DNA from: Octopus vulgaris
Taxonomy: Eukaryota
Length of the DNA stretch: 64,000 bases
NCBI GenBank assembly: GCA_951406725.2
Contig: OX597817.1
Coordinates: 50,716,001-50,780,000 of the forward strand
Reading direction: 5' to 3'
Shown in pieces: positions 27,591-40,775 of the stretch (position 1 is its first letter; every line of letters starts with the position of its first letter). Under the pieces are notes generated by a model that had not been told where the DNA came from, searched no databases, and worked only from the letters and a program-made list of their open reading frames with translations. Both the position numbers and the translations under genes were made by a program.

Positions 27591-27824
27591 AAAGGCGGCA
27601 AGCTGGCAGATTCGTTAGCACGCTGGGCGAAATGCTTAGAGGTATTTCGTCTGCCACTACGTTCTGAGTTCAAATTCCGCCGAGGTCGACTTTGCCTTTC
27701 ATCCTTTCTGGGTCGATTAAATAAGTATCAGTTACGCACTGGGGTCGATGTAATCGACTTAATCCGTTTGTCTGTCCTTGTTTGTCCTCTCTATGTTTAT
27801 CCCCTTGTGGGTAGTAAAGAAATA
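27591..27824 (+). mobile_element. Full-length Nin/Deu SINE monomer (tail 1) with 16-bp target-site duplication
   Basis: ggtactatgacccttg (27575-27590) / ggtactatgaccctcg (27825-27840). An empty paralogous site lies at about 25253-25343. Confidence 0.9.
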
Positions 27825-27890
27825 GGTACTATGACCCTCGGAATTTAAACACGTTACCATCATACTACTGAAGGGCATCCTGGCACAGAA

Positions 27891-27942
27891 TTTCGTCAAT
27901 GAACAGGTCGCGGTTTCCAAGCGACGAAAATATTTTGACAAA
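27891..27942 (+). ncRNA. Penelope-type minimal hammerhead motif, family consensus G3-C8
   Basis: gtca [A/G]UGAACA g GUCGC-loop-GCGAC GAAA AUAU UU ugac. Partial copies at 29288-29327 (-) and 29341-29372 (+) have GUGAACA. Confidence 0.65.
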
Positions 27943-28046
27943 TTAAGTTTAAATACTGAAATGAATCTAACGGTTTTTGTGTGTTTTTAAATGGCTTATA
28001 AACACCTTTCAGGCTGCGGTTTTCTTTTATCATCATCATCATCATC

Positions 28047-28106
<60 letters not shown>

Positions 28107-28108
<2 letters not shown>

Positions 28109-28391
28109 ATTCGTTGACATTTATCCAATTAACTAAACGATTGTTCAATTAATCGTTCGTTGAATCAATTAATCAGCTAGGTTTTCAAAATCCTTTCGTC
28201 GCCGTTCATACCTTCTCATTCCCTCTATTCCAAGTCTGAGTCAGATCTATCTGGAATAAAAGGCGTACACCATTGGTGAACTGGTGAATGGCGACGAAAG
28301 TATGTTGACAAACCTAGCACATTACTTGATTGATTGACCGAAAGATTTGTTAACCAATCCATTGACTAATTGATTAAATTTTAACGAATTG
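28107..28391. mobile_element. MITE-like foldback with ~100-bp imperfect inverted arms
   Basis: ctaggttttcaaaatcctttcgtcgccgttca versus tgaatggcgacgaaagtatgttgacaaacctag; ends caattcgtt / aacgaattg. Confidence 0.75.
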
Positions 28392-28977
28392 ACTAGTAAT
28401 AATAAATTATGTGAAAGAGAAGCACTGAGTGTGTCTATTATTGCCATAATGACTCTTTCGTGATACCACGAAATATACTATACTAATATTTTCTACAATA
28501 ACAAATATGATGGTATAAAGATGAAATCAGGTATTTGATGAGTCGATGTTTTGCCAAATAAGTTTTTTCACTCCTGCATCAATTTTAACGAAATTTACAG
28601 AATTACATTCCTCTCATTGAGATGCTTTGCTGTATAGTTAAAACAAAAATAATTAAGAAAAAATGAAACTTTACTATTCACAATTTGCATCAAAGCATCA
28701 CTATCCAATTTTTAAAAAAATCATTTTTCGGACCATTTCTTTATATGCAACAAGTTTTCTGAACTAATACAGGAATATCTCAGCATTAAGGATCATATAC
28801 CTTCTTGAAAATTTTATCGTAACGTGAAATCCCGTAACGCGATTTTTTAAAACCCACTGTTATCCATGTATACAGAGAATGCCGACCGACGGATTTCTTC
28901 CGAAACAAAAGAAAAAAGAGCAAGAAACAAGACTATTTTTATACAGGAAGAAAACAATTTTTTAAACAGACACTGTT

Positions 28978-29028
<51 letters not shown>

Positions 29029-29207
29029 AATAAAAGGGGCAGTATATACAATATATATACTGAACTTTACAGAAGTTCCTACCGTTAATTGGTTATATTT
29101 ACCTACCGAATTCTACCAGTAAATAATTGTTGTTTTTTTATTTAAAAACCATTATAGAAATTATTTACTCGTATTATTATTATTATATATATATATATAT
29201 ATAAACA

Positions 29208-29375
29208 ATTGCAGTGTGGAAGGTGTTTATAAGCAATTTAAGAAACACGCAAAAACCGTTCGATTCACTTCAACATTTAAATTTAATTTGTCAAAATATT
29301 TCCATCGCTTTGTTCACTGACAAAAATTCGTGCTGGTGAAGTTTTGTCAGTGAACAGGTCGCGGTCTCAAATGCG
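29208..29375 (-). mobile_element. Penelope pseudo-LTR-like remnant with internal inversion (same family as 27880-28020)
   Basis: Reverse-complement homology to 27880-28020, followed by an inverted partial copy starting at about 29340. Confidence 0.6.
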
Positions 29376-29988
29376 GAAGTGAAATTAACAGACTTTGCAT
29401 CCCTTCTAAATAGCTAACAGTGGTCTTCCACGTTTCAATCGCATTAGTTTCAGCCCTCGGTCTCAGAACAAAAAACTTCCTATGCAACTACATCACCTCA
29501 TCATTGGACCACATCAGTGGAAAGCACTCATCACCGCATGCCAGTCATATTTCGCAGCTACAATATATGGAACATCAGCATCTTTCCAGACGCTGCTGTC
29601 GCAAATAAACAACTGGTTTATCGAAAATTAATTATTAGCGACGACAGCAGTAATTAATACCAAATTGTAATCTTTATTTCCAACTTAACATAGATACCTT
29701 GCTAGATCACCGAATATTGCGTTATTAGCCTTGAGAGATCCTCTCATGTGTTCTGTTTTAATTCTTCTGATTACTTTTAACTTACATGCGCGCGTGTTTG
29801 TTCATTTGAAATATTTGAATTCTTGATATAATTTCTTAATTTATATTAATCACGAACATAAAAATTACCAATGAAATGCAAAGATTTCCTCTTATTTCTC
29901 CACAGATGTTGGACAAAATTTTTACAAAAACATGAATTGATTAAATTAGATTTGAACTTTAGAATATGATTTGCATTTATGATAAATG

Positions 29989-30401
29989 TAGGCGTAGGAG
30001 TGGCTGTGTGGTAAGTAGCTTGCTTGCGAACCACATGGTTCCGGGTTCAGTCCCACCGCGTGGCACCTTGGGCAAGTGTCTTCTACTAGAGCCTCGGGCC
30101 GACCAATGCCTTGTGAGTGGATTTGGTCGACGGAAACCGAAAGAAGCCCGTCGTGTATACGTATATAAGCATATATATGTGTGTATACGTTTGTGTGTCT
30201 GTGTTTGCCCTCCCTGCAACATTGCTTGACAGCTGATGCTGGTGTGTTTACGTCCCCGTAACTTAGTGGTTCGGCATAAGTGACCGATAGAATAAGTACA
30301 AGGCTTACAAAGAATAAATCTTGAGGTCGATTTACTCGACTAAAGGCAGTGCTCCAGCATGGCCACAGTCAAATAGCTGAAACAAATAAAAGAGTAAAAG
30401 A
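29989..30401 (+). mobile_element. CORE-like tRNA SINE, full length
   Basis: Homologous to 3535-3975. Confidence 0.85.
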
Positions 30402-30575
30402 GCATCTATGAGAAAAGAGCATCTGTTTACAAATGAAATAGGGATTTTAATCTTAACTCCATATTTCTTTCCTCCAAGAGAGAGAATGAGAGAATATGAT
30501 GAAATATTCTTCTACGTGCAAGAGAATGAAAATTACTTTTAATGCAACTACTACGGAAAAACTATATGAAAGATA

Positions 30576-30868
30576 GTGGAGACACATGGCCTAGTGGTTA
30601 GAGCAGCGGACTCGGGATCGCGGGTTCGAATCTCAGACTGGACGATGTGTGTGTTTATGGGTGAAACACCTAAGCTGCACGCGGCTCCGGCAGAAGGTAA
30701 TGGCGAACTTCTGCTGACTCTTTCGCCACAACTTTCTCTCACTCTTTCCTCCTGCATCTAGCAGATCACCTGCGACGGACCAGCGTCCCGTCCAGGTGGG
30801 GAACCTATACGCCAAGGAAACCGGGAGACCGGCCCTAATGAGCCAGGCATGGCTCCAGAAGGAAGAAA
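30576..30868 (+). mobile_element. tRNA-derived SINE, body A + V-domain-like tail T2
   Basis: A-box tggcctagtgg, B-box ggttcgaatct, V-like cctgcgacggaccagcgtcccgtccagg..ggaaaccggga. Confidence 0.8.
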
Positions 30869-31564
30869 CATATGACAGATAAGAATTCAAACTACGAAAG
30901 TGTTTATCAGCAATGCTAATTACAAGCAATAGTTGGATGAGACGGGAACAGTCTAAATAGTATATTCATATTACTACTCAACTATTCATTCTTTTGGTCA
31001 TACCAAGTAAATCACCCTACTTTACATGGACTTTGTAAAAAAAACATTTAAAAGTTTCTATTCTGTTGGCTGCTTCATTTCATTTGTCTTCTATACCTCT
31101 GTCTTATTTTTAACTTCGAAGAACATAAATTTCAAATATGTTCAATAACAACATAAATTTAATTTACCGTGTGCTCTAACGGTAAATATAAAACTATGGA
31201 AAACTGTGTCAAGGGATGACGAACATAAGTGGAACAATATCCAATACTATACTTCGAGGCTTAAACCTATATTTTAAATTAAAGATTAACGCAAAAATGG
31301 GATGAATATATTTTCATAAATACAATATTGGATACAATACAGTTCCTGAATTCAGAGTTTTATGAAGTAGTTCCCCAACAGGAACGAAACACTAATTGCG
31401 GTAGTTTTGACTGTGGTTCAGAAGACCATCCTGCAATCGTAGATATTCGGTTTCAGTCTTACTGCACAGCACCTTGGACAATTGTCTTCTAATATAGCCC
31501 CGGGTTTACTAATGCATTGTAAGTGAATTTGGTGGATGGAAACTATATGGAAGCCCATCATGCA

Positions 31565-31664
<100 letters not shown>

Positions 31665-32189
31665 ATTCCGTCTGTTTATTTTGAAAAGGTTCGAAAAATA
31701 TCCACCAGCTGAATTTTAGTATAAATAAGTTGAGAACAATGAACATGCAAAGAAATTTTATGTTCAAAACATATTTATCGATTAAAGAATTTACACAGCC
31801 TACCGGTTTCGCTTACACTCTTCATCACTAAGTAGTTAAAGAAAGTGGTATAATTTCATGCTATATATATGTATGTGCGGGTGTGTGTGAATGTATATAT
31901 GTATGGATATGTATGTGTGTGTTTTTAAATATGTATGTACGTATGTATATTCTTATGCGAGGATATAGGCGCAAGACAAGAGGGAGCGTACAGAACTCGA
32001 ATAACAAATCTAGCGTAAAACAGTATTTTATTGAAGCTGGAAGACAGTCTGAGGAGCGATTGCATGACGCTCCAAGAAACGGGTGAAGAATTTTCAACTT
32101 CAATAATATACGACAGATAAATATGTCTATCTATCTATCTCTCTATATAAATATGTGTGTGTGTGTGTGTGTTTACATATGTTTATATA

Positions 32190-32831
32190 TCTATAATAAT
32201 AAATGGCAAATGTGTGTGTTTGAGTTTGTTACTTTAACTCTTCCGAGACTATCCAACAGACGTTGATGAAACTTGACACGTGTGGGGGGCTTATGCGCAT
32301 GCGGACACTTATGCACTTGGTATTTTTTTTTAAAATCGATTGTTCAAAAATCGTAAAATTTCGGCATTTTTCGCACTAGCCATCGTGACATCAATTTGAC
32401 GATAAATGCTTCATCGGTATAAACAGACAGCTTATTAACGGTAATCAATTTAGCATTTGCTAATTCTTCATTTCAATGCGAATTGTTTTAATTTGCTAAA
32501 ACTTATTTCAATTCGTTGTTTTAATTCTACAGCGCTTCAGGTTTTGATTAAGTAAGAGCATCTTATTTCTCAAGCAAAATTTAGGCATTTTGCGCACTAG
32601 CCGTCGTGACATCAATTTGACGAAATCTGCCACAAAGCAAACATTTCTCCATTTTAAACACATGCACAAAAATGACGACGACACAGGCTACCAGACTCCG
32701 CTCACTTTTTCCGTCAAATTGGTCCTACCCATTAATATAGATTTAACATTTTTGAAAAATGTCGAAACTTAACGAAAAATGTTTCATGGCTGTAAACAGA
32801 CATTAACAGTAATACCGAGGACCTCAGCTAG
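32190..32831 (+). mobile_element. Non-autonomous Helitron (642 bp) with an internal duplication
   Basis: a|TCtataataataaatggc ... gaggacctcagCTAG|t; gcactagcc.tcgtgacatcaatttgacga repeated at about 32373 and 32594. Confidence 0.75.
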
Positions 32832-32920
32832 TATACACACACACACATACATACACAAATATATATATATACATATACACATACATGTCTATGCGTGTCT
32901 CCTTGTTTCTTTCTGTGTTC

Positions 32921-32956
32921 CTTTCTGTGGAAGAGCGTAGGCTCGAAACGTAAAAG
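32921..32956 (+). ncRNA. Penelope-type minimal hammerhead motif (A6U), second copy
   Basis: cttt CUGUGGA a GAGC-gtag-GCTC GAAA CG UA aaag. Confidence 0.6.
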
Positions 32957-33013
32957 ACTTTTTCAATTCCCGAGCGCCAAACTAATACATCTGTTTGTTT
33001 TCTACACTACCTG

Positions 33014-33063
<50 letters not shown>

Positions 33064-33704
33064 ACATATATATATATATATGTATGTATTCAGGGAGGAA
33101 ATGTTATGACCACTTCTATCGTGAATCATCTTGTCAAATGATGCATTTTATAATACATTATTTTAGTATTAAATTTTTTGTTTCTGTAGTGTAATACCTG
33201 GATGTTTGTTGCAATTGCATTTAAACAACCATTAATTCTGTATATGGCTATTAATTTAGCCAAAGAAGTAAATTTACTAAACTCAATGATATATTGTAAA
33301 TATAATTACGAAATATCAGTAAAGTTGATGGGACTAATGGATTCAGAAATGTTTCTGTTTATTGTGGAGCTCTAAACAAACAGAACTAAAAAGCAAGTAT
33401 GAAAAATATCTTAAAAGTCTAAGTTCTGCATCGTGCTTTTTGAATTAATGATTCCAAGAACTGTTGCCATACAAATACACACACATGCATGCGTACAGGC
33501 CAATCAGTCTCCCACACACATATACACACGCAGATATGGATATGTGCATATGCAATGTGTATTAATGTGTTTGTGGGTTTCGGATTAAAAGTTAAGGACT
33601 ATGAAAATTTTCATTTAAATGGAAATTCTAAGGAGTCCCAACTGAAATGTGACTGGTCAGTCACCGTGATGACTTAAACCACTTTTTTTTTCAATAATAA
33701 TAGA

Positions 33705-33886
33705 TGTGGGTAGGGGATGAGTCGATTACATCAACCCCAGTGTTTCACTGGTACTTAATTTATCGACCCCGAAAGGATGAAAGGCAAAGTCGACCTCGGC
33801 TGAATTTAAACTCAGAAGGTAAAGACAGACGAAATAACGCTAAGCATTTCGTCCAACGTGCTAACGATTCTGCGAGCTCGCCGCCA
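33705..33886 (-). mobile_element. Nin/Deu SINE monomer
   Basis: Family homology. Confidence 0.8.
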
Positions 33887-34139
33887 TAATGCATCTATTT
33901 ATTAATGTGTTTAAGAATTTGTGGAAATTATTTCACAAATTTTGTTTGCCAAAATAACATTGAAATGCTGTTACAAAAGCAAAATGACCATTCATTAAAC
34001 TTACAAGAGGGTTCTTCTTTTGCTTCACTTGACAATGTTTTCCTCAAGTGGTACTTGAAGGAATTTTTTTCTCACGTCTTTCAGTCACGTGTATCGTAGT
34101 TTCTATTGCACGACAGAAAACAGACAGACGAATATTATG

Positions 34140-34446
34140 TAACATCACGTGATTATATGATTCATCAGACTATCGGTTGTTATTATCAATCTCTGGTCTC
34201 AATGAGCTTTGCTTCGTTTAAGCTGTCGAATGATGCTTCGTCGCTGGCTAGGGGTGAAGGCTAACATTACTCCTGAGCGGAAAACCTGTCAGTCGCAGAG
34301 TTTAACCATTTACAACTGTGTTTACTGGAGTAGCAAGAAACGAAGAGTTTTGCTCAAGCACATAATGCGCTGCTCCGGCTAGGAATTGAAACCACGATCT
34401 AATGATCGATAGTGCTACGTCCTAACCACTAGGCCACGTGCCTTCA
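34140..34446 (-). mobile_element. tRNA SINE, body B + tail T4
   Basis: Head ggcacgtggcctagtggttagg, body gtgcttgagcaaaac, tail ending atcacgtga as at 49215-49472. Confidence 0.65.
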
Positions 34447-34571
34447 TTTTTATGCAAAATGCCTGTCGGAAAAATTGCAATTCACTGATAATCAGAATTA
34501 TTTTCGATATTTGAAAATTTAACACAGGCAGGTGGCAGGAGAATAACTTTGCTATTGCGCACTATAATAAA

Positions 34572-34742
34572 TATTTCTTTACTACCCACAAGGGGCTAGA
34601 CACAGAAGGGACAAACAAGGACAGAGAAAAGGATTAAGTCGATTACATCGACCCCAGTGCATAACTGGTACTTATTTTATCTACACCGAAAATATGACAG
34701 GCAAAGTCGACCTCGGCGGAATTTGACTTTGCCTTTCATCCT
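34572..34742 (-). mobile_element. 5'-truncated Nin/Deu SINE with a short inverted segment
   Basis: Minus-strand unit followed by plus-strand gactttgcctttcatcc at about 34726. Confidence 0.75.
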
Positions 34743-35027
34743 TAGCATACACACACACAAAGTAAATATGCATACGTGTATATATGTGTGTGAATGTGTA
34801 TATGTATATAGACATACTCATATACACACCCACACACCGAAACTATGTCTGTGTTGCTGTGTATGTGTGTTATATTTCTTCTACTTAAGAGTGAAGAGGA
34901 GACGGATTAATATCTGGGGTGCTTTTAGCAATTGGGGTGTCATGATGTGTGGGGTCCCTTGGTTGCGCCTGAGTGGAGCAACCCAACTTTTAGGAAATTT
35001 TATCGTTTAATATTTTCTGCCAAATAT

Positions 35028-35242
35028 GGCGGCGAGCTGACAGAATCGTTAGCACGCCGGGCGAAATGCTTAGCGGAATTTTGTCTGCCTTTACATTTTG
35101 AGTTCAAATTCCGCCGAGATCGACTTTGTCTTTCATCCTTTCGATGTTAATAAATTAAGAACCAGTTGCGTACTGTGGTCGATCGAATCGACTGGCCCCC
35201 TACCCCAAAATTCCAGGCTTTGTGCTTAGAGTAGAAAAGAAT
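35028..35242 (+). mobile_element. Nin/Deu SINE monomer (tail 2), full length
   Basis: ggcggcgagctgacagaatcg ... gctttgtgcttagagtagaaaagaat. Confidence 0.85.
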
Positions 35243-35560
35243 ATATCCTCTTTCATTATTCACGAGCTGTTGCCAACGTTCTACTAGCCTTGGCGTTAAA
35301 TATCAAAGGCCCTAAATCCTAAGATTTAATCATTTGTTTGTTAGCAGAGAATGAACATCACATATATGAAATACGATATCTTACCATTAGGAACTTAAAC
35401 CGGATATCAGACTCACCCTCATAACATTCTAATTTTTCTACATTACTCTCTGAAGTTCTATGAGTTTCTTTTACTCCATTTTATACATTACAAAAGTTTT
35501 CGAAAATATTTTCTTTAATATTAAAGTAATTCAAATCGAAAATATGTTCCTACAATTATT

Positions 35561-35611
<51 letters not shown>

Positions 35612-36229
35612 CTATTCTGGTTGTGAGTGGTTAAAATGTTATTTAGAATATTCTCATATGAAAAAAACAAAATATTCTAAAAAAAGTCTAGATATAAATG
35701 GAAATATATTAAATTATCACAGTATATAGAACGTTATATATCATTTTACAGCTATGATGTAAACAACAGTACTAATAAAACCACATAGTATTGTAATAAA
35801 AAAAACATCTATGTTTCGTAAAGTAGCTTGCTGAAAGAACTGAGACTCAACTATGTAGTAATAGTTAAGGTGTTGCTTTAACTTCTCAAAGTTCAGGCAT
35901 TTTCGTGTTGTTAGTCATAAGATCTTTCTTTCTGTTGACAGCGGTATCTTGCGGACGAATTTACTGATACCATTAAATGTTACCATAGGACAGTTTGAAG
36001 TGAATAAATATTCCGTAATTAAATCTGGAAATAATTTAACCTTACCTTGTATTAATTAGTTTGGTCGCAGTTGGTCTTAGATTTAATAGTCGTTATTTCT
36101 ACGCTGCATTATATTGTAGATATATTACTTTGTTTGATGAATTATACACGTATACACACATGCTCACAGACTTATCACCAATCTCTCTCTCGCGCTCTCG
36201 CTCTCTCTTTCTCTCTCTCTTTCTCTCTC

Positions 36230-36283
<54 letters not shown>

Positions 36284-36351
36284 TTAGTTATATAGTGGAG
36301 GCGCAATGGCCCAGTGGTTAGGTGAGTATATATATATATATATATATATAT

Positions 36352-36514
36352 ACGCGACGGGCTTCTTTCAGTTTCCGTATACCAAATCCACTCACAAGGC
36401 TTTGGTCGGTCCGAAGCTATAGTAGAAGATACTTGCCCAAGGTTCCACGCAGAGGGACTGAACCCGGAGCCGTCTATTTGGAAAGCAAGCTACTTAGCAC
36501 ACACCCACACCTGC

Positions 36515-36516
<2 letters not shown>
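36352..36516 (-). mobile_element. CORE-like tRNA SINE, 5' half
   Basis: Reverse complement of 3535-3695. Confidence 0.75.
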
Positions 36517-36552
<36 letters not shown>

Positions 36553-37641
36553 TGTGTGTGTGTAGGGTGATGAACAAGCACACGCACATACACACACATA
36601 TATGTACATATATATAAATATATATGCATACCTCTCTCACTCTCTCTTTCTCACTATATGGATAGTAGATAGATTGATAGATATGAGTGTGAAGAGAGAG
36701 AGAGAGAGAGGGAGAGAGAGAGAAACAGGTATAGAGAAAGAGTCAGTGGGAGACCTCTATTAATATAGAGTAGATAAAGATGGCTCGTATTCCATTACTC
36801 CAAGTTTCATGGCGACAGAAGCAATTATCAAATGGATTTTCAGCTAATTTCTTCAGTTCATTTTTTTTCCTTCGGTATCCGGTAGCGATTCTAAAAGCTT
36901 ACAAACGCCAGTTAGATCTGAGCGCAATGCAACGTCGGGAAGGAAAATAACTAATGCCTTTGTTGATATGAAACCTAAAGTCATGGTACACTAGTCATCC
37001 TTACCAACTATGAATTATAATATAGATGGTCTATAATAACATATTGAATATACTATGCTGTGCCTGATATTTCTTTCGTGTGTGTGTGTGTGTGTGTATG
37101 TGTCTGTGAGCGTACGCAAACTGAAACAGGATATAATTTTGCTATACCCCTTGTTATATATCATAGATTATATAATCTTTACATGTGTTTCACTAGCGAC
37201 ATACAGTAATCGTTACAGTGATGATTACATAATTCACTTAGAATGCCAGATCGTCAGAAGAAACAAGTTCATTTCATCCATTGTTAATTACTAAGCTCAG
37301 TTTGTATTCGAAGTGAAATGAATTTACTCATGAACACAACGCGCAGCCGGTCTGAGAATCGAAATTACCCTTCACGATCATGAGAGTTACAAACCTCATG
37401 CATCTTCACTTTACATGTAAATATATATATATGTAAGTGTATATGTGTGTGTGTGAGTGTATGCATGTAAATATATTTGTCTTTGTCGGGCTACTTTAAA
37501 AGTTTCTACCTTCAAAATTTCACTGCCAGAGTATTGGTCGGCTCGGAGTTGTGATAGGATAACCTTTCTCTGTGGAGAAATGGACTTCGAAAACCTGTTC
37601 CGAAAACGTATATATTATCAACACTGTACCTTACCTATACC

Positions 37642-37874
37642 TATTTCTTTACTTCCCACAAGGGGCTAAACACAGAGAGGACAAACAAGGACAGACAAAC
37701 GGTTTAAGTTGATTATATCGACCCCAGTGCGTAACTGGTACTTATTTAATCGACCCCGAAAGGATGAAAGGCAAAGTCGACCTCGGCGGAATTTGAACTC
37801 AGAAGGTAGCGGTAGACGAAATACTGCTAAGCATTTCGTCCGGCGTACTAACGTTTCTCCCAGCTTGCCGCCTT
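37642..37874 (-). mobile_element. Full-length Nin/Deu SINE monomer (tail 1)
   Basis: Flanked by tacctatacc at 37632-37641 and 37886-37895. Confidence 0.85.
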
Positions 37875-38168
37875 TAATGAACCAATACCTATACCTTTAA
37901 TGAAACAAATATTGAAATATTTTTACTTGATTTATATTGAGTCTTACTCCAACATGTATCTGTGTAAAGAATAGACAAATTATGAACAAAAATTAAAAAC
38001 AAAATACATGTACGTCCGTAGCCATTTGGCTCAAACGGTGTACTTGTATATATAAACTATAAAGTCAGGAGATATGAGAGGTGAATATATTTATTTAATC
38101 ACTTGTTATCCTTAGGATTACGGTCGGATCTCGTGGATTTTAGCTGCATAGAATTCTGCTTCATACTC

Positions 38169-38223
<55 letters not shown>

Positions 38224-38951
38224 CTATAGATATTCGAAGGCATATTCAATTAAAAATAATGATTTCTTCTATTAACTTTGGTGATATATATACGTAAATA
38301 TACATGCATTTAAAAATGCAGGTGTTCCATGATACAATTGTCTTGGAGGAAATGTAGATATCAAACCTGATCTCAGATCTTGTTACTAAGGTTTGTTTAA
38401 ATTTATATACCTTACTTCATAATTAATGGTAGATTACAAATTAAATTACCAATTCTATATCCTTTTCAATTGGATGTTCTAGAACCTGTTCTTTAGTTTT
38501 ATCGTATATAAATTTTATAGCAAGTTTCTTTTTATATTTTATATTTTTATATTTTGTTCCATAATTTGCACATATATATAACAATATCATATGGTCACAC
38601 GCATCTATTCATATTTCGAAAACTCAATGCGTCAACGAAGGAGCAACATCTGTGTTGTGGTTTAAGGTATGGGTAATAGCAGTCAGATTTCTTCTTAATT
38701 AGACCTCTTCGTAAATACGCATTCCTAGATATTTAATGTTGACTTGGTTGTAAATAAAACTTGCAGCAATACAAACTTCAACTGGAAATCGTTTACATCG
38801 ATACCATATTATTTTCGAATGAATAAAGGTGGCACGGCACTATAGTCTTAGACTGAGAATGCTTCACACCCAGAGAAGGGACTATAACAAAACACTGATT
38901 CTACAAGAACGACAAACATGGAAGGCATAAAGGCAATATTTGAAATCATAA

Positions 38952-39776
38952 AAAGGCGGCTGGCAGAAACGTTAGCATGTCGGGGTAAATGCTTAGCGGT
39001 ATTTCGTCTGCCGTTAGGTTCTGAGTTCAAATTCTGCCGATGTCGACTTTGCCTTTCATCGTTTCGGGGTCGATTAAATAAGTACCAGTTACGCACTGAG
39101 GTCGATATAATCGACTTAATCGTTTGTCTATCCTTGTTTGTCCTCTCTGTGTTTAGCCCCTTGTGGGTAGTAAAGAAATAGTTATTTTGTCTCCCGTTAT
39201 GTTCTGAGTTCAAATTCCGCCGAGGTCGACTTTGCCTTTCATCCTTTCGGGGTCGATAAATTAAGTACCAGTTACACACTAGAGTCGGTGTAATCGATTT
39301 AATCCGTTTGTCTGTCCTTGTTTGTCCCCCCTGTGATTGGCCCCTTGTGGGTAGTAAAGAAATAGGTAATTCGTCTGCCGCTACGTTCTGAGTTCAAATT
39401 CCACCGAGGTTGACCTTGTTTTTCATCCTTTCGTGGTCGATTACATAAGTACCAGTTACACCCTGGGGTCAACATAATCGACTTAATCCGTTTGTCTGTC
39501 CTTGTTTGTCTTCTCTGTGTTTATCCCCTTGTGGGTAGTAAAGAAATATGTATTTCGTCTGCCGCGTTTTCTGAGTTCAAATTCCGCCGTGGTCGACTTT
39601 GCCTTTCATGCTTTCGTGGTCGACTAAATAAGTACCAGTTACTAACTGGGGTCGGTGAAATCGACTTAATCCGTTTGTCTGTCCTCGGCGGAATTTGAAC
39701 TCAGAACGTAACGGCAGACGAAATACGGCTAGGCATTTCGCCCGGCGTACTAACGATTCTGCCACCTCGCCGCCTT
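38952..39776 (+). mobile_element. Nin/Deu SINE array (head + about 4 units) capped by an inverted head
   Basis: Plus-strand units to about 39684, then a minus-strand head to 39776. Confidence 0.85.
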
Positions 39777-40320
39777 AGCGTCACTCCTAATTGAATTTCA
39801 GTTTATTCTGCCAACTCAGATATTATTCTCAGGAAATATTGAAAAATAATTTAGTTATGTTTATTCATTGAAATGATTAATTATTTGATCGGCTGTCTTC
39901 GTTTAATTATGTTTGCAAACGTGCCTTTCTCTCTGTTTTTCTTGTCTTACTGGGCATTACTTAATTTTTCCTTTACTTTTTTCGGAAAGCTTTAATTTAT
40001 CAATCATAATAGTCAAGGGATCATTGTATTTTATAAAAGGATCAGCTCTAAATTACACATAATTCGCCGCATTCGCAATATTTCCCGGAAAAATTAATGC
40101 ATCTGGCGTCATATGCTGGTATAATATACGTTATCAATCCCTCAAATGATAAAACTGTCATTCTATCTGTTTCCTATTGATCTATTTATTTACGCGCTGC
40201 TTTGACTGTGCAACACAAAAAAACTATTTCTCGTTCACTCGCTGTATATCTGTATGTGTACATGTTTAAATGTATACGTGTGTGTTAGCGTATGTGTGTG
40301 AAAGAGAAACAGACAGTGTT

Positions 40321-40378
<58 letters not shown>

Positions 40379-40517
40379 GTTGTGTGTGTATGTGTGAGAG
40401 AGAGATAGAGTTGCTATTATATGGCGAGTAGTAATATGAAGCTTGAAGTCTCAGTCAAATTTTTTCTTGAAAATCTTAAGATGTACTCTACCAATCTCTC
40501 ATAGTAAATTACTTTCA

Positions 40518-40554
<37 letters not shown>

Positions 40555-40565
<11 letters not shown>

Positions 40566-40775
40566 TATATATAACTGAGAATGTGTGTCTGTCTGTCTGT
40601 TTGTTTCCCTAAAACTTGAGAACTACACAACCAATTTCATTCAAATTTTACACATGCCTTACTTAGGATCCATGTAGTGTCATGGACAAAAATGAGCCCA
40701 CGGCAATATCATATATTCTCCACTATTTCAGTATTACGTGTTAAAAGTGAAACAAAAACATCTCTCTATTGTATA
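40555..40775 (+). mobile_element. Helitron-like 5' fragment
   Basis: tatatatataactgagaatgtgtgtctgtctg..aaccaatttcattcaaattttacac. Confidence 0.45.

Noticed and set aside
30576-30650. tRNA genes at SINE heads
   Set aside because: The heads lack a complete acceptor stem and continue directly into SINE bodies.
37709-37900. Recurring peptide RNWYLFNRPRKDERQSRPRRNLNSE and its antisense FKFRRGRLCLSSFRGR
   Set aside because: Both are translations of the Nin/Deu SINE; starts and stops differ between copies.
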